NCBI RefSeq assembly: GCF_009834535.1
Contig: NC_045697.1
Location: 101,124,001-101,188,000 of the forward strand
Reading direction: 5' to 3'
From: Camelus ferus
Lineage: Eukaryota
DNA: 64,000 bases
The notes under the pieces are model-generated. The model was not told the origin of the DNA, made no database searches, and was given only the letters and a program-made list of their open reading frames with translations. The position numbers and the translations under genes were made by a program. Of the stretch, positions 39,147 to 52,784 are shown in pieces (within the stretch, counting starts at the first letter, position 1; every line of letters begins with the position of its first letter).

Positions 39147-39270
39147 GGGGGAGGGTATAGCTCAGCAGTAAAAGTGCATGCTTAGCAATCCCCAGTACCT
39201 CCAAAAATATATAAATAGATGAATAAATAAGCCATATTACTCCCCCTGAAAAAAGTAGAAATAAAAAAAA
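39147..39270 (+). mobile_element. tRNA-derived camelid SINE (Vic-1-like), B-box region deleted
   Basis: gggggagggtatagctcagcagtaaaagtgcatgcttagc|aatccccagtacctcc...aataaataa...ttactccccc, then an A-rich tail. Confidence 0.8.
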
Positions 39271-41789
39271 CTATAAAAAGTCAGGTATAGATAAAAGGAA
39301 GGGGGATGAGAAAAAAGGGGGAAGAAGGGAGGAAGAATGAAAGAAAACAAGGAAGAAAATATTGAAAATGACGGCAGTGCAAGCGAAGACCTAAAGCCAC
39401 AAATGTAGAATACGCATAAATAACAGGAAATTAACTAATCTGATGGGAGCAGAGTGCATGGAGAAGCAGCAGGAAGTGGGTGCCCTATCACTGAATGAAA
39501 TCATTCACAGCGGGGCATAACCACTCCTGCTTCCGACATTAGATGTGGTGTTTTCGTAAACCAGGGGCTGGGGCAATCTGGATTATCTGCTTCCTGGCCC
39601 CGCATTAGTTTACAGCTTCACTCCATTAAACAAATCTTAATTGAGCAACTACCTTGCCTAACAGCATGCAAAGTACTGTGAGTAATTCAGAAATAACATG
39701 TCACTATGCCTTTACATGGGATTTACAATCTGGACAGCAGAATCTAAAATACCTACAAGAAAAAAAAAAAAAAAACAGAGTAAAAGGATTAGTGAATCTG
39801 CCTTGAAGTCAGCCTCCAAAGCACAGAAGCAATAAGCACTATCTGAATGTCTGGTATTGGCCATATTCTGTACTAAATATTATGATATACATTCTCAAAT
39901 TTAGCTTTCTTTCTTTTTTACTTTCATCTTTCTTTTCTTTCTAGAACTTAATAATCTAGTCAGTGTATAAGTCAAGAGACAAGAAAGAAACCACATTTCA
40001 AAATGGGATTTTAAAAATTTCATTTTAGAGATGGGTAAACTGAGATTGAGAATTTGCCTAGGGTCAGACAAGGGACAATCCGGTCTCCTAACTTTAAAAT
40101 CACTATTTTTACACTGAGCAAAATATAGTCCTTGAAAATTCCAATTTATAGAGATTAAAAAGACTTGTTATTTGGTTGAGAAAATTATTCCTGAAAAAGG
40201 AAACAACAGAGTTCAATTTTATGCCAGATAACATGTTTCTTATACTCCAACGCATTTTAAAATAGGTGAGCATTCAATCTGGCTGTAATATTTCCATTTC
40301 TATTTTTCTCCCTACTTTTATGTTTTTGTATTGCTCTTTTTATTTTCTCTCCCTTTCTTTTAAACCATTTTCAATTAAGATTTCTAAATAGATTCCAAAT
40401 TTGAGACACATCTCTAGCAGAAAGCAAATGGCAGGAGTAGTAATTAAGGGACCTGCTATGTTTTATCTTTCCAAGGATGAAACAAGTTTTTTTGTTTCTA
40501 AGTTATGAAATCGTAGGGAATTGTTCATAATTTTTTTCCATATATTTTAATAATAGTTAACTGAATTGAAAGATAACTGAATTGATTTAAAAAGGTCAAT
40601 TTCCTTTTCCAACACAGATGCTGAGAACCTCTCTTCTGGGATAACCTTAGTTTAACTCTGAATCCTTGAAACCTGTATTGGTGCAGATATAAGATTTCCA
40701 CATTTTATATAAAATCAAATCATTTCTCTGGGTGCTAAAGTAGGCACCACCCCCAGCCACGTTCCTCACTTTCCACCTTTCTAAATTATGAGAATTTTAC
40801 AAACCAAGGAGAGTGAGTATTCTCAGTGGAAAGGAATGAGATTCAGAGCAGCTAAGACGCAGACAACATTTTTTTTTGTAGTTGGTTTTCCTTTGTTTGA
40901 TTTAAGAGAACAAGTATTACTAACAGTAAGATTGAAAATTACTTAGTGAGCTCTTACTCCAGTGCTCCTCAGTGGTACTTAAGGCTCTATTTTTACATGT
41001 AAAGTATAATCAGGATTTGAAGCAATTAACCACATAATTCAGGTCAAGAAAAATCTTCTGCCCGAAAAAGCTAAACCACCAAAGTAAACATGTCTTTTTT
41101 CTCTGGACTGAATTATCTAGATTCTAGAAAATTATCTAACATAATTAAATGTGCATAGCCATAAAATAGGTCAAGTTACCTAAAAGCAGGTCAGCCTCAG
41201 GAGTATGAGGAACCCCACAAAATACACTTTCTTTCCAAGAAAGTTTTGAAACATTTCCTAATGTAAACCTGGAAGTACTGGTTAACTAATATCAAGTTAA
41301 ATAAAGGTGCACACTCACACAAACATATGCACATATGTGTATACATACATGTATATTTATTACAGAATGTTAATGTGTCTTCAAAGCTCCTGAGAGTGGT
41401 ATAGTATTGAGAAATTTTCAAACTTCCTTGACCCTAAACCATTTTATACAGAACGTATCATGGAACTAGTATGCAGACACACTGAGAACCTCTCTGCACT
41501 GTCATAAGCCATTTACACTTTGGCAGGAGATGTAGGGGGTGGGGTGGGTTTGGTAGATCTGAAAGTTTCTATATTCAGGGTGCCAGGAGAGAAAATCAAA
41601 TGACAGAGCACAGAAATGTCTAGGGGAGGATGTGGCCACGCAGAGCTGCTCTGAAGACACCTCACTGGAGCAACGAAAGCCCTGTGGGACTGAGCCGGTT
41701 GCCACATTCACGTTCATCCCATTGTCAACCCAGTTTCATCTTATACTTCTCTCCACCTCTGTGACTTTGCCACTATATCCTTTTCTTCA

Positions 41790-42145
41790 GTTACTTTCTT
41801 TATTCATTGCTGTTCCATCTACCTGGGACTTTTTTCCTTACACTTCAGCTCTTAGTTTAAACACCACCTTCTAAAGACGCACCCCCTGTTTATCTCGTCT
41901 CCAGTAGATCCCTCCCTTATCTCCCAACATTTTCTCCCACAGAACTCTGCAGTAGCATGTATGACAGTTTTTATTCTTATATTGATCCTTGTCTATCTGT
42001 TTCATGTCACTTCCACTGGACTGCAAGCACCATGAGGGCAGGAATGAATCATGTCTGTTTTGTTCAAGTCTCTAAAATCACTCAGTACCTCAAAGATGAG
42101 TGTTTGCCATATATCAGGCTTTTCATGAATATGTGTTGATTTAAT
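41790..42145 (+). mobile_element. L2 3' end
   Basis: ttgctgttccatctacctgg, ccactggactgcaagcaccatgagggcagg, atgaatatgtgttgatttaat. Confidence 0.7.
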
Positions 42146-42402
42146 AATGAGTAATAATTATTTGTTCATTACTCTACATTTCTGCCTAGACCTGGCCTAA
42201 TTGAAGCTCTCAAAATTAATTTAATGTGCACTTAGAAAACAGTTCCTCTTTAAGATACAGTCAGCCATGCAGTCACATACATTCTAAGACACCGAAGTGG
42301 AATTTTTGTAAAATATTTTTCTAACAATAGAGGCTGTAAGTTTGAAGTAATCATCAGTCTAAATGAACAGTGAGGGTTATTTTCTGAGAATCAGCCTTGT
42401 AC

Positions 42403-42468
42403 CTGCTTTTTTGTTGTCTTCCTCAAACAGCTCAGGTCTTTGATTACTGCCTTGCAGACTTCAGAGCT
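42403..42468 (-). other. INPP4B: Probable INPP4B non-coding 5'UTR exon (66 nt)
   Basis: Branch point ctaac, long polypyrimidine tract (attttgtcttttattctttacag|AGCTCTG) and donor GCAG|gtacaa. Size and position fit my recollection of a ~64-nt UTR exon preceding the ATG exon in human. Confidence 0.65.
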
Positions 42469-42767
42469 CTGTAAAGAATAAAAGACAAAATGTTAGGATT
42501 TGGTGTTTTCACTGGGAACTCCTCTTCTGAAAACACTCCAGGCGAAAATACTTAATTTGCTTGTAATGCCCTTTACTCCAAACTTGAGGACTTACATGAT
42601 CACAAGATCCACGGAATATAGCCGTTTCTGGTTGGTACTTCCAAATCGAGCTGCTTTGTTCACAGAGGCCACTAGAAGGAACTGGAGCTGACCCTTATTT
42701 ATTTGCTTACCTGAGCCGGGCACTCTTCTAACTTGCAAGGATTAACATATTTACTCCTCACAACTAC

Positions 42768-43325
42768 TGGGTAGGCAAGGGTTAACCCAGCAGGCCTGAA
42801 TGACTCAAACGCTTCGCATTCCAAAGAAAGGCCTACCTTTAGAATTGGCCCTAGGGCAGCTTCTGGAAGATAACCTCCGAGCTCTTGGAATAGTCTGCCT
42901 GATAAGAGAGTTTTTTGAATGCTCAGGCCTCTGCTCTTCCAGTTTGACCAGATACATTTATGGCGGACATCTGTTTTTGTTGCGGGCAGGGAAGGCTGAA
43001 GTCTGAATAGCTGAGGTCGGTCATCTGGTGCTGCGTGCTTCTGTGACTGACCCCGAATAAAACTCCGGAAACCAGAGCTCTGTGGAGCTTCCCTGGCTGC
43101 CTGCCCTTCACACAATGTTGTCACACATGGTTGCCAAGAGAAGTAAGTGTGCCCCCACGTGACTCCACCGGGAGGGACACCTGGAAGTTGGATGCTAGAC
43201 TTTGCCTCAGGTGCCTTTCTCTTTGCTGATTTTAATCCGTAGCCTTTCACTGGAAGAATCCATGACTGTGAGTCTAACAGTTTTTCTGATTCCATCAAAT
43301 CATTGAGCCTAAGGATGGTCTTGCG
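42768..43325 (+). mobile_element. MER77/MER21-family ERVL LTR inserted into a MIR (MIR halves ~42715-42767 and ~43340-43490)
   Basis: ggcaagggttaacccagcaggcctg...cattccaaagaaaggcct...agataacctc...cctgataagag...aataaaactc...tttgctgattttaatc matches the recalled MER77 consensus. It explains the 199-aa ORF. Confidence 0.75.
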
Positions 43326-44899
43326 GTAGGTACCCCATGTGGTAGGTACTATTATTACCCATATTTTATAGATAGAGGAATTGGCAAAGAAAGGTGGGGT
43401 GACAGTCAGTATCCCACAGCTAGTTTCCGGGGCGGCATTTCACTTTGAGCCCAATGATCTGGATCCAGAGTTTGGACATTTTACCACTGTGCCCTGTGGT
43501 GTATCAAAATATTTGTTACTGTGTGTCATTCAATAAGTGCATCAAAAATGTCACTTGGTTCTTTTTTCTACTTTATTATCAGGAATGATGATTTTCAAAT
43601 TGTAAATTTACTATCAATTATCAAGAGTTCATTTTATCTGTCAAAAAGAGAGCAATAACTTTTATTGAGTTAAAGTTTTCTTTAACCTCTGTACTGTATT
43701 CAAAACAAACTGTCCCGCAGTCATGTCAGTAATGTAGATGTGACATAAGATTTTGTCACTCACATGCTTGTAGATTTCTTCCCATTCTAGATGAAATAGG
43801 AGGATGAAAACCACAAAGTGTCAGCTTGAACTCATCCCAGGTCTTATTTAATTTGGGGAAAACAAAACACCTAATCATAATTCATCTTAAGATCTCTATT
43901 TTTTTAGTCTGATAGATCCAGAGTTGCTTTTAAAATACGTGATAGGAAAAAAAAATAGCTTCATAATAGGAGAAAACATGAAGCTAATCACTCAGTTGCT
44001 ACTAAAGAAAATGTAAACCATCTACTGATTTCTAAACACAACGTATAAAAATAATACACTAGCTACATAGAAAAGTCCTAAGTTTGCTATCGTAAGCTTT
44101 TCTTTCAGGTAGACTTTGCAAAAAACACTTTGGTCTAATTAATCATTGTCATTAGGTGTCTGAGGTAGGCTTTATTCATTAGGCTTTATTTTAACACTTA
44201 AACAAAACCATAATTCATTCTCTTATCTTTTTCAACCCACCCTAAGCATTGCGCCCTGTTGTACACACACATTCAATAGTGAATTACAGTGTCTTCTTCT
44301 TATCACCCCAACAGATTGCACATCTCTTGGTATTTCGAAATGTCATTACTTCTGCAAAGGTAATGCGTCTGCCTTGCCATGTAGGACAGAGGTCCATGTA
44401 GTCTCCTGAGGTCCACAGTGTCCCAACAAGCTGGTAAAATTGCTTTGAAAAATACAAGGAAACACGCGGAGGAAGGGCAACACCTTACGTAGTGATGATG
44501 AAATACATAGATTGTAAACCGGGTAACTGTGCAAGCCCAAAGAATAAAAGTTTATGATGCAGAAGGATCAGCTGTGTTATGTGAGCCTGAGTCTTTCATA
44601 CTTGTTTTGTCCCCATTATGTTGTCATTACTTGTCAGCTCCCATTATGCAGCAAGAACCAATGCTGACCCAAACCCACCAAAGTGTTAGGCACCTTAAAT
44701 ATCCCACCCAGTCAATGCAAACAAAAGCCTTATTTAATACTTCTCATGACCTCCACAATAAATGGTCAAATAGAATATTGGCCTTGATTAGGACATAAAA
44801 GTTTTCTTTAAAAAGAAAAGAGAAAATTCCATTTCAAACAACTTTTGGATACTAAATTGAGCATTACTGATTAGGAATAAAACATGGAAGATTAAAAAA

Positions 44900-45310
44900 T
44901 GGAATAGCCTCTATTGGGCTCCACCTATGCTTCTCTGGTTCCCATATCCATTCCTTTGTGGCCCTAAATGGGGCTCTCATGACTCACATTCTGTCTCTCC
45001 TCCTACCCCAGAGTCTTGGTGTGATGGGGATACAGCTAAATTCAGAGCTGGCTGTTTGCCCTTTTCATGTTGCCCCATGAGTGACAGCTGGGTCTGAGAT
45101 GCCTTGTTGATCCCAGACAGCCTGGTGATTCTAGATCAAGTGTCCCCATCAATGGGAGGTTGTGGGATATTATGCCAAAGGCAGGGGCTAAGTAGGGTGG
45201 AGATTAGGAAAGATTAGGGAGAGAGCATGACATGCAGGTCAGGAAACTGTATTACAGAGGTCCTCCTCAGTTCCGAAAGACTCACATATTTGTCTCCTAG
45301 AAGACCCTGC
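44900..45310. mobile_element. Possible old ERVL LTR fragment (LTR16-like)
   Basis: GC-richer block with gtgacagctggg...cccagacagcc...gggaggttgtgggatattatgcc. The family match is from memory only. Confidence 0.35.
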
Positions 45311-45355
45311 TTCACAGATGATAACTCCTTCACAGATGATACACATATAATCACC

Positions 45356-45415
45356 TATTATATGTTATATTATATTATATTATATTATATTATATTATAT
45401 TATATTATATTATTA
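45356..45415. repeat. (TTATA)n pentanucleotide microsatellite, ~11-12 units
   Basis: tattatatgttatattatattatattatattatattatattatattatattatattatta. Confidence 0.95.
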
Positions 45416-45509
45416 ATAACTGTGTCTAAAATAAATGTGAAAATTTAACTGTATCTCAAAAAGCAGGTTTTTAAAATCTCACTTTTGTTCTTCAATTCCC
45501 ATCTTTTAT

Positions 45510-47500
45510 TGTAAAAATAAAATAGAATTTAGCTGATAATGAGATCATTCCCAATTGTTGACAATTTTCACATCAACTAAAAAAACTACTAAAAAATTTC
45601 TATTAGAATTAATAAAATGATTCAAAAAAAGTCTCCGGATTCAATATAAATTTGTAATGATAATTGCTCTGTACAATAGCAATAAACAGAAAGTAAAAAA
45701 TTTAAAATAAATAAATGCAACTCCCAATAGCATCAATAATCCTGACTCACTATAGCAGTAACAATAAAATCCTAAAACTACTTATGAATAACTCTGTAAA
45801 GACAATTTAAAAAAGCTATAAAAGAAATAAGGAACCATAACACATGCATGAGTAGGAAATTATTTACAACATAAATATCACTTCTTCCCAAATTAATTTT
45901 ATGTTTTTAGCATAATTCCAGTCAAAATTCTAGTAGGAATAATTAAAGCTTTCTGTTAAAACTTTCTGAAGTTCATTTGAAGAAAGAGTCATGGATCATA
46001 AAGAAAATTCTAAATATAAATATTAATGACAGGTTTTGTTCTAATGATAAAATACATCGTTGTGACACAACATTTAACACAGTGCAGAACTAGCTTAGAA
46101 ACTGACATACAGATTAGTGAGAAAATATAGGTATCCCAGAGACATTCTATTTTATGCATTAATTCAACATACACTTAATGCCAAGAACTATGCTAGTTAT
46201 TAAAGGGAAAACATAATTCCTACCCTCAGAAAGTTTGACGGGGAAAAAAAAGTAGCTATTTTTATCATGACAGAAATTAATACAAATGGGCATTGGACTT
46301 TATGAATGCATATAGAAAGGGAGCCTCAATTCAGTGTATGATAAAACGAGTATCACCAATTCATGAGAAACTCTTTAATAAATAATGTTGAGATAATCGT
46401 CCATCTTTTTGGAATAAAATCAAATACATCTCATTAGACATAGATATAAACTGCAGATGTATTATGGAATTAAATACAAATGAAATGCAACATTAAAGAC
46501 AAATAAAAATGGAATTGATTATTTATATGCCTCTCTGGAGAGGGCAAGTCTACTCCTGAAACATATAAGTGCTAAAAGAAATTAGAAAATGCCTGGTAGA
46601 TAAGACTAGGTTAAAAAAAAAACCCAAAACTTCTCTAAGTTAAAAAGAAAATTAAAAAGCAAAGCAGATGTGAAATTATTTGCAACAACTGCAAATAATT
46701 GCAAATAAACCAAAATCTATATTATATAAACACCAAAATATCAAAGGATACTTCACAATGAAGAAACAACTCATTGACGAACATATGGAAAAATGTTCAT
46801 TCTCATTAGTACTCAAAGAAATAAACATTAAAACAATGATCGACAATATTTCATCTAACAAATTGGCAAAGAATAAAAAATGTTCATCCTTGATGCCATT
46901 TTGAAATTGCTTTGAATGCCACTTTCTTACAGCCCCTAAGAGCTCTAAAAGTATTCCTACCTTGTCCCAGATAACCTAGGAAGCATTCTCTCCATATATA
47001 ATTCATACAAGATGCTCATTTCAGGCACGTTCTATTTTAACACCCTCTAAGCCGCCACATCCTTTAGGTAAGTGACTGTCAAATATTCATCACAGTATTA
47101 TAGGCACCATACCAAGGACATAGAGGGCATGCAATAAATGTCTTGAATGTTGACTAGATGAATTAATGAGCTTGTTTCTTTGTAGTTAAAATAAATAAAA
47201 GTGTGGTGCTGGCTTCTCAAAAAATACGTTTTTATACGCCTTGATTTAGTAATTCTGAGTTTCTATTCTAGGGCGGTAATCCTAATTATAGAGGAGAAAA
47301 AAGGTGTATATATAAAGAATTACTACAATAGGAAAAATCTAGAAACAGCCTAAATATTCAACAATAGAGATATCTTTGAAAATATTATGTTATATAAATT
47401 TGATGGAATATTATGTCACCATTAAAAAGAAGAGTTTACAATTCAGGTTTAGAAAGGCTTATGCCAAAATGTTAAATGTGAAAAGTAGGTTGTAAAACTG
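45510..47500 (+). mobile_element. Highly diverged L1 (L1ME-type) fragments, interrupted by L2/MIR pieces
   Basis: cttcttcccaaattaatttta, cataattccagtcaaaattc, aacatatggaaaaatgttcattctcattagt, gaaacagcctaaatattcaacaatag. Confidence 0.65.
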
Positions 47501-48279
47501 TACATGTCTTATATAACAGGCGTAGTGTAGCAGGTAAGATTCAGCACGAAATCTCATCTTCATTAATCCTTAACTGTACCTCCATGAATAGGTTACTTAG
47601 CTTCTAAGATGTAACAGCAGTAACAATATTGCTTATTTAAAAGGCTGTTATTTTTAATTAAAAATCAAATTAAATAATCCAAATAGTGTTAATAGCATCT
47701 ATCACGTAACACATATTCAGTAATTACAGATACAGCTTTTGTTTGAACTATCAAACAAAAATAAAACATATTCATACAGAAAGTCCAGATGCTAATGTAT
47801 CGATGTACTGGCAGTAATTTTTGTGTGGTGGGTTTGGCTGTTCACCACCTTTGGAACATCTTTCCTATGTTTGGGAAGTTTCCCGGTTAACATGTTTACA
47901 CATCACCAGAATGGATGCCTGAAATCACTTCTCAGTGTTCCTTACGTGCGAAGAGTCTAAATTATCCCCAAAGGGACTGATGCTAGAGGAGAATGCTAGG
48001 GCGAAAGCCTGTGACCGAGGCTTTTCTGATAAGACACTCATGTACAAGGCTTCAGTGCTGAAGCACATGCTTCACTGAAACCATCTGGCAATCCATTCTG
48101 AGAGCTGACATCTCTGCCAGCTTTCAGATGCCGTGGGGGCAAAAGGATCTACCATCAGGTGAGGGTGAGGGTGGTGGAGCCTGCGCCAGGGACAGAAACT
48201 GGGTTTGAGTCCTGGAGCGGTGCTCATGTGTATTTGGCTGGGCTTAGAGTTCCTGGGCAGGCAGCCTCCAAGCCTGAGC

Positions 48280-48597
48280 CAAGGCTCTTTAAGACTTTAA
48301 TGGATCCCATGCAGTTCTGCCTTCATCAGCCTTTTCCTCTGTAATACACACACATACACATCCCTCCATAGATGTATATGGGTATTATATATAGAGAGAG
48401 ATATGGATATATAATCATAGCTTATGACTGTGTTGGTATAAAAACATAGTATCATATAACAAAAATTCTTCCAACCTAAAAAATCATTTTTTTCCTTTCA
48501 TGTTTTAAAAGAAATTAAGACATCTTCATGGGTCCGTAAAAGCATTGTTAAGTCGTGGGCACTGCGCCTGTCGTCCCTGATAGAAAACTCAGCTCCA
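48280..48597. mobile_element. hAT-Tip100-like DNA transposon (ORSL-like)
   Basis: ttatgactgtgttggtataaa...ttttaaaagaaattaaagacatcttcatgggtcc...gggcactgcgcctgt resembles the recalled ORSL consensus. Confidence 0.5.
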
Positions 48598-49161
48598 CTT
48601 AAAGTTTTCAGATGAACTCCTTTATTTGTAAACTAGCTGGAGTCTATTCTGTGCAGCTATGAAACCTGATGATACAGATGACAGAACTACAGTGAAAGTT
48701 TTACTTTCGTTCAACTTTCTGGAATCCTCAAATTTTTTGAAAAGGTATGTATTTCTTCTTAAAGGGAAACTGATATATGAAGAAATAGAAGAAAATCTGA
48801 TCAATGAATGCATCCCCAGTAGTTAGCCTTAAATGACAAACTTTACATGCAGATCTCAGAATCTCAAGCTGGAAAGGGACTGCAAAGATCCCTGTGGGAA
48901 AATGTCATGTGCTATCACCCACCTGTCATCTGAATCCTCTCTCTGCTCCCTGACCAAGCTGTCACAAGTGATACTGAGCTTAGTAGTTCATGATCTCAGG
49001 AAGAAAGTCAGACATCCTATCTCTTGATATCTCTTTGACTATTAGAAAGTTCTTCTTTAATATTGAGTCAAAATATATTTATTCCTGAAACGTTCTCTTT
49101 TTTTCCCCTGAAAGCACATCCAACATCTGAGAATTCCTTACGCTCCCATTTTAGATACCCA

Positions 49162-49217
49162 ATAACAACACCTCGGAATCACTGCATAACAACACCCTGG
49201 AATCACTGCATAGCAAC
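49162..49217 (+). repeat. 24-bp tandem repeat, about 2.3 copies
   Basis: ataacaacacctcggaatcactgc / ataacaacaccctggaatcactgc / atagcaac. Confidence 0.9.
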
Positions 49218-52200
49218 CCAACTCAGAAGACTTTTATCCCTACTGCACCTACTTGACACTTTGATCCTGTTTCAGTCTATCATTTCCCTGAGTAACCCAT
49301 TGCTCCAAAGCAGAGACGTGAATGGCTAGACCAGAGGCATTCTCTCTGACTCTTTCTCTTTCGAGAACAAACTCATCATTTTTTTGACTCCCATCAGAGG
49401 AAAACAAAATTGCCCTGGGCTATAGTTTTAAAATAAATTTGGAACCCAATATAAAATTCAGATGTTAGTGTTTTGGAAAGGAAAATCTTTCTGTTTCTCT
49501 GCTTCTCTTGAAATACCTAGTCAAAATGAAATAGTGAAACCTCTACAAAACTGGTAATCTGGCAATACAAGATCTGGCAATCTAAGCTCTGGTTCTGAAA
49601 TCTTATGTAAACTATTAAATCCAGATCCCACCATCCCTTGAGGGATAATTCAGATTCTTAACATTTAGTGACTCGATTTCTAATAAAGAATTAGATCCCT
49701 AAGTCATTAGCTAATGAAGTAAACTTAAAACTATTGAGCAATGTCATTGCATTTGTATTTAAGATTTTCTTTTAACCAATGGACAGAAGTATTAGATGGG
49801 ATTCAAATCAAAAGTACACCATCATTAGTTATTACCTGATTATCATCAGGTATGCATTTTTTGTATTCTTGGAAACTAACAGATTTAAATGCCCCATGAT
49901 CACAGACAAGAGTTGCCACCAACTGAAAAAAAAAAAAGATTATGATAGACAGATAGATATCACGTAGACATAAATGAGGACAAAACCTCCACCTAGATTA
50001 ACTGAAAATTCTTTCCTTTGATTCATTTGTTCAGAAACATTCTGAGTTTTTGTATAAGGTATGCCAAAACTAGGTTTTGAAATAGCTAACCATGAAATCT
50101 CAGTCAGTTGTTAAAAGTACTGACTCATTGATCCGATCTTCGGCTGGGCGGAGGCAGGGAAGGAGTTCTGTTTTACCACGTCCTTCAGGAACTCAGGTTG
50201 AGAGAGATCTCACCATCATGCAAGCAAGTGACTTAATCATCCTGCATATGAACTTCCAGCAGGGAGACTGGGGAAGAGAGAGAATGAGGATTGCAGGAGA
50301 CCCCTTTATGAGCCAGGTCTGGACTGTCCCATGACATGCCTAGGGGCAAGGAGCCTGTGCAGCCAAAAGTCTACATCTTGGAAGGGAACCAGGATCTCTG
50401 ATGGACACCTGGCTGCCTCCATCACAGTCCCGTAGTGTTAAAGATTGTGAGAGTCCCAGTTAGTCCCAGGCAGTTTGCATACTTTTGTCTGTACCAATGC
50501 CAGAGCCTAAATAATGAAGCAGGTAACATGAAGGATGTAACGACTTTGGTAAAATTCACATCAAAAATTGCAGAAATGAGGATAATCAGAAGAATGTGAT
50601 TATTATAAGCTGCAAGCACTTGAGAGAGGACAGACAGGGTTCCAGGAGTAATGTAGTTCTGGATGAGGATGTGTCAGAAATCTCTTCAGGGCAAAAGTCA
50701 AATTAGAAAAGGGAATTTTTAGGATTGTTATTTTCATAGTCATATAATAGATTATTACATGATATAATAATATGAAAATATTCCTCAGGCTGACATTCAG
50801 AACATTTTAAGGTCTGCCCCTTTTTAGACTTCTTTACAAGTTCTCTGCTTGGAATTTGTCTCAGCCATTTCCACAATGACTTTTGTTTTCTGGTCTCTGC
50901 AGATTTCCTGTCTGGAGGCACCTTTCATCAGGTTGCTACCCAGTGGAACTTCACCAACCCAACAAAAGCTTCCTCATATTTATGCCAGAAGAATGGTCTC
51001 CCCCTTGGAATGCCTGTATTATTTATGTTATGGTGGCTTTTTAATGGGGTTATTTATTTGCTTGTCATCATATGAATCTACTTTTTTGACTCTTTGCACT
51101 ATCATATCTCCTCATATGTGGTTAAGAGATTAAACTGTTACTGAGTGAACAACTGAAAAAGTAAACAGATGTATACATTAAACAAGTGCTTTTTAAACAT
51201 GTTGCATACAAGAAGATGGTGATTCTGGAGTCTCAGTCAGTGTAATTAGGGTACTCTGTATTTTGAAAAAGCTCCCAGATAATTTGATTCCATCAGCTTT
51301 GGGAAAAATCGATGGCTGATTCTGTTGAACCTGAGGTAAAACTGTTAAGTCACATTCCAGACAAAAACCCAACAAGGGCATTGGTTTTAACTCCCCCAAC
51401 ATAAACTGATAGAAATGTGATTTAGCACTGGAAAGTTTAGAGAGGATTGGGATCTATTTCTTAGACTAAGTAGTTAAAACTTTTCAAGAAAGAAGCATTT
51501 TTTTTCTGTTTTGTGTGGTCTAGTAGATAAGAAGTGGGAAAAAAAGATGATTGTGAGTGAGCCCCAAAGTAATAATCTTCACAATAACATTACCTTTAGC
51601 ACCCCCATGAGAGTGAGGAAACAGAAGAAATAGTTAAATATTAGAAAAAAAGACATATGGTGGCAATAAGTGGGTATTAGTTGAGAAATCATTTTAAATT
51701 AAAATAGAGAAAGTCAATAGCCTGTAAGAATCCCAGTGACTGCTTACCGAATCCCTTACTACAAGCCCAGGAAAAATGCATGTTGTGGTTCAAAGCTATA
51801 GGGCATGGCTAATAAAGGGAAACAATGATACCATTGTAAGGGAAAAGGTACACTTTTTTTGTTTAAAGTTTAACCATCTTTATCAATTTTGAGATAATAC
51901 TGCTTTGAAATTTTGCTCTTTCAAGCAGCTCCAAGCAGTAAATACCACCCCTTAAATGCCATAAACTGTCACCTGTTAAAGATCATCTTTAAAAACACAG
52001 AAAGACAGGCAGAGTGAGGATGACAGGAAAACCCGCAAAATAGCCTACAGATCGAGTATTATCTAGGAATGAAATGTTTCCCCCCAAAACAGCTTTCAAG
52101 ATTACCTTTCAAGGAATGCCAAAGCAAATGAAAACATTTTTTTAAATATATCAAAAGAAAAGAGCCAGCTAGAGACTCAGTGAACCCCTGATTACAGTCC

Positions 52201-52784
52201 ATCAAAGATAACACTTAGGGCTTAGGGTCTTAAAAAAAAAAAAAAAACAGGACTAAATCTGACAGGATACTTTCTTTGAAACATAGGATGCTAGGAGATA
52301 CCACATACTGTCTCTCTAAAATGGTAGATCAGAAGTGTGGAATAAAATAACTACACAAAAATCTAACCATAGCAGTTAGCATTTGGGGGTACGTATTATA
52401 TACAAATCCTGTGCCTAAAAATACTATCTCATTAGCCTCCTTGCTTTAGCTGTTTCCATATTAAAAGGGCTGATTGAGACCCAAAATATTAAGGTCAAAA
52501 GAACAGGGTCAAGAACTAAGGACAGACCAGAATGACTTCTCCTAAGGGACAAGGGATCTAGAAAGCTACTGAGATACATGCTCTTGCCGAGTTCATAATA
52601 TGAGCAATAGGCAAATCACACCTTGAAAATCCCAATGACTCTAGAAAGAGATTTCAGAAACCAGAGCTATGTTTGAGCAGCAAAAGCACAAAGATCAGTG
52701 TCAAAAACTCAGAACGTCATTGGGTTGGTTTCCATGTGGCTACATATTTGTAGACGGAAGGCTGGTGTTGTGTTTCCTTAAAGC

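Noticed and set aside
39147..39200. tRNA-like sequence
   Set aside because: SINE head with the B-box deleted and no cloverleaf.
42699..43298. 199-aa minus-strand ORF, the longest in the track
   Set aside because: It lies almost entirely in the MER77-like LTR and resembles no protein I recognise.
48611..48744. Plus-strand exon-like segment (ttttcag|ATG...AAG|gtatgt)
   Set aside because: Weak polypyrimidine tract, early stops and no partner exons.
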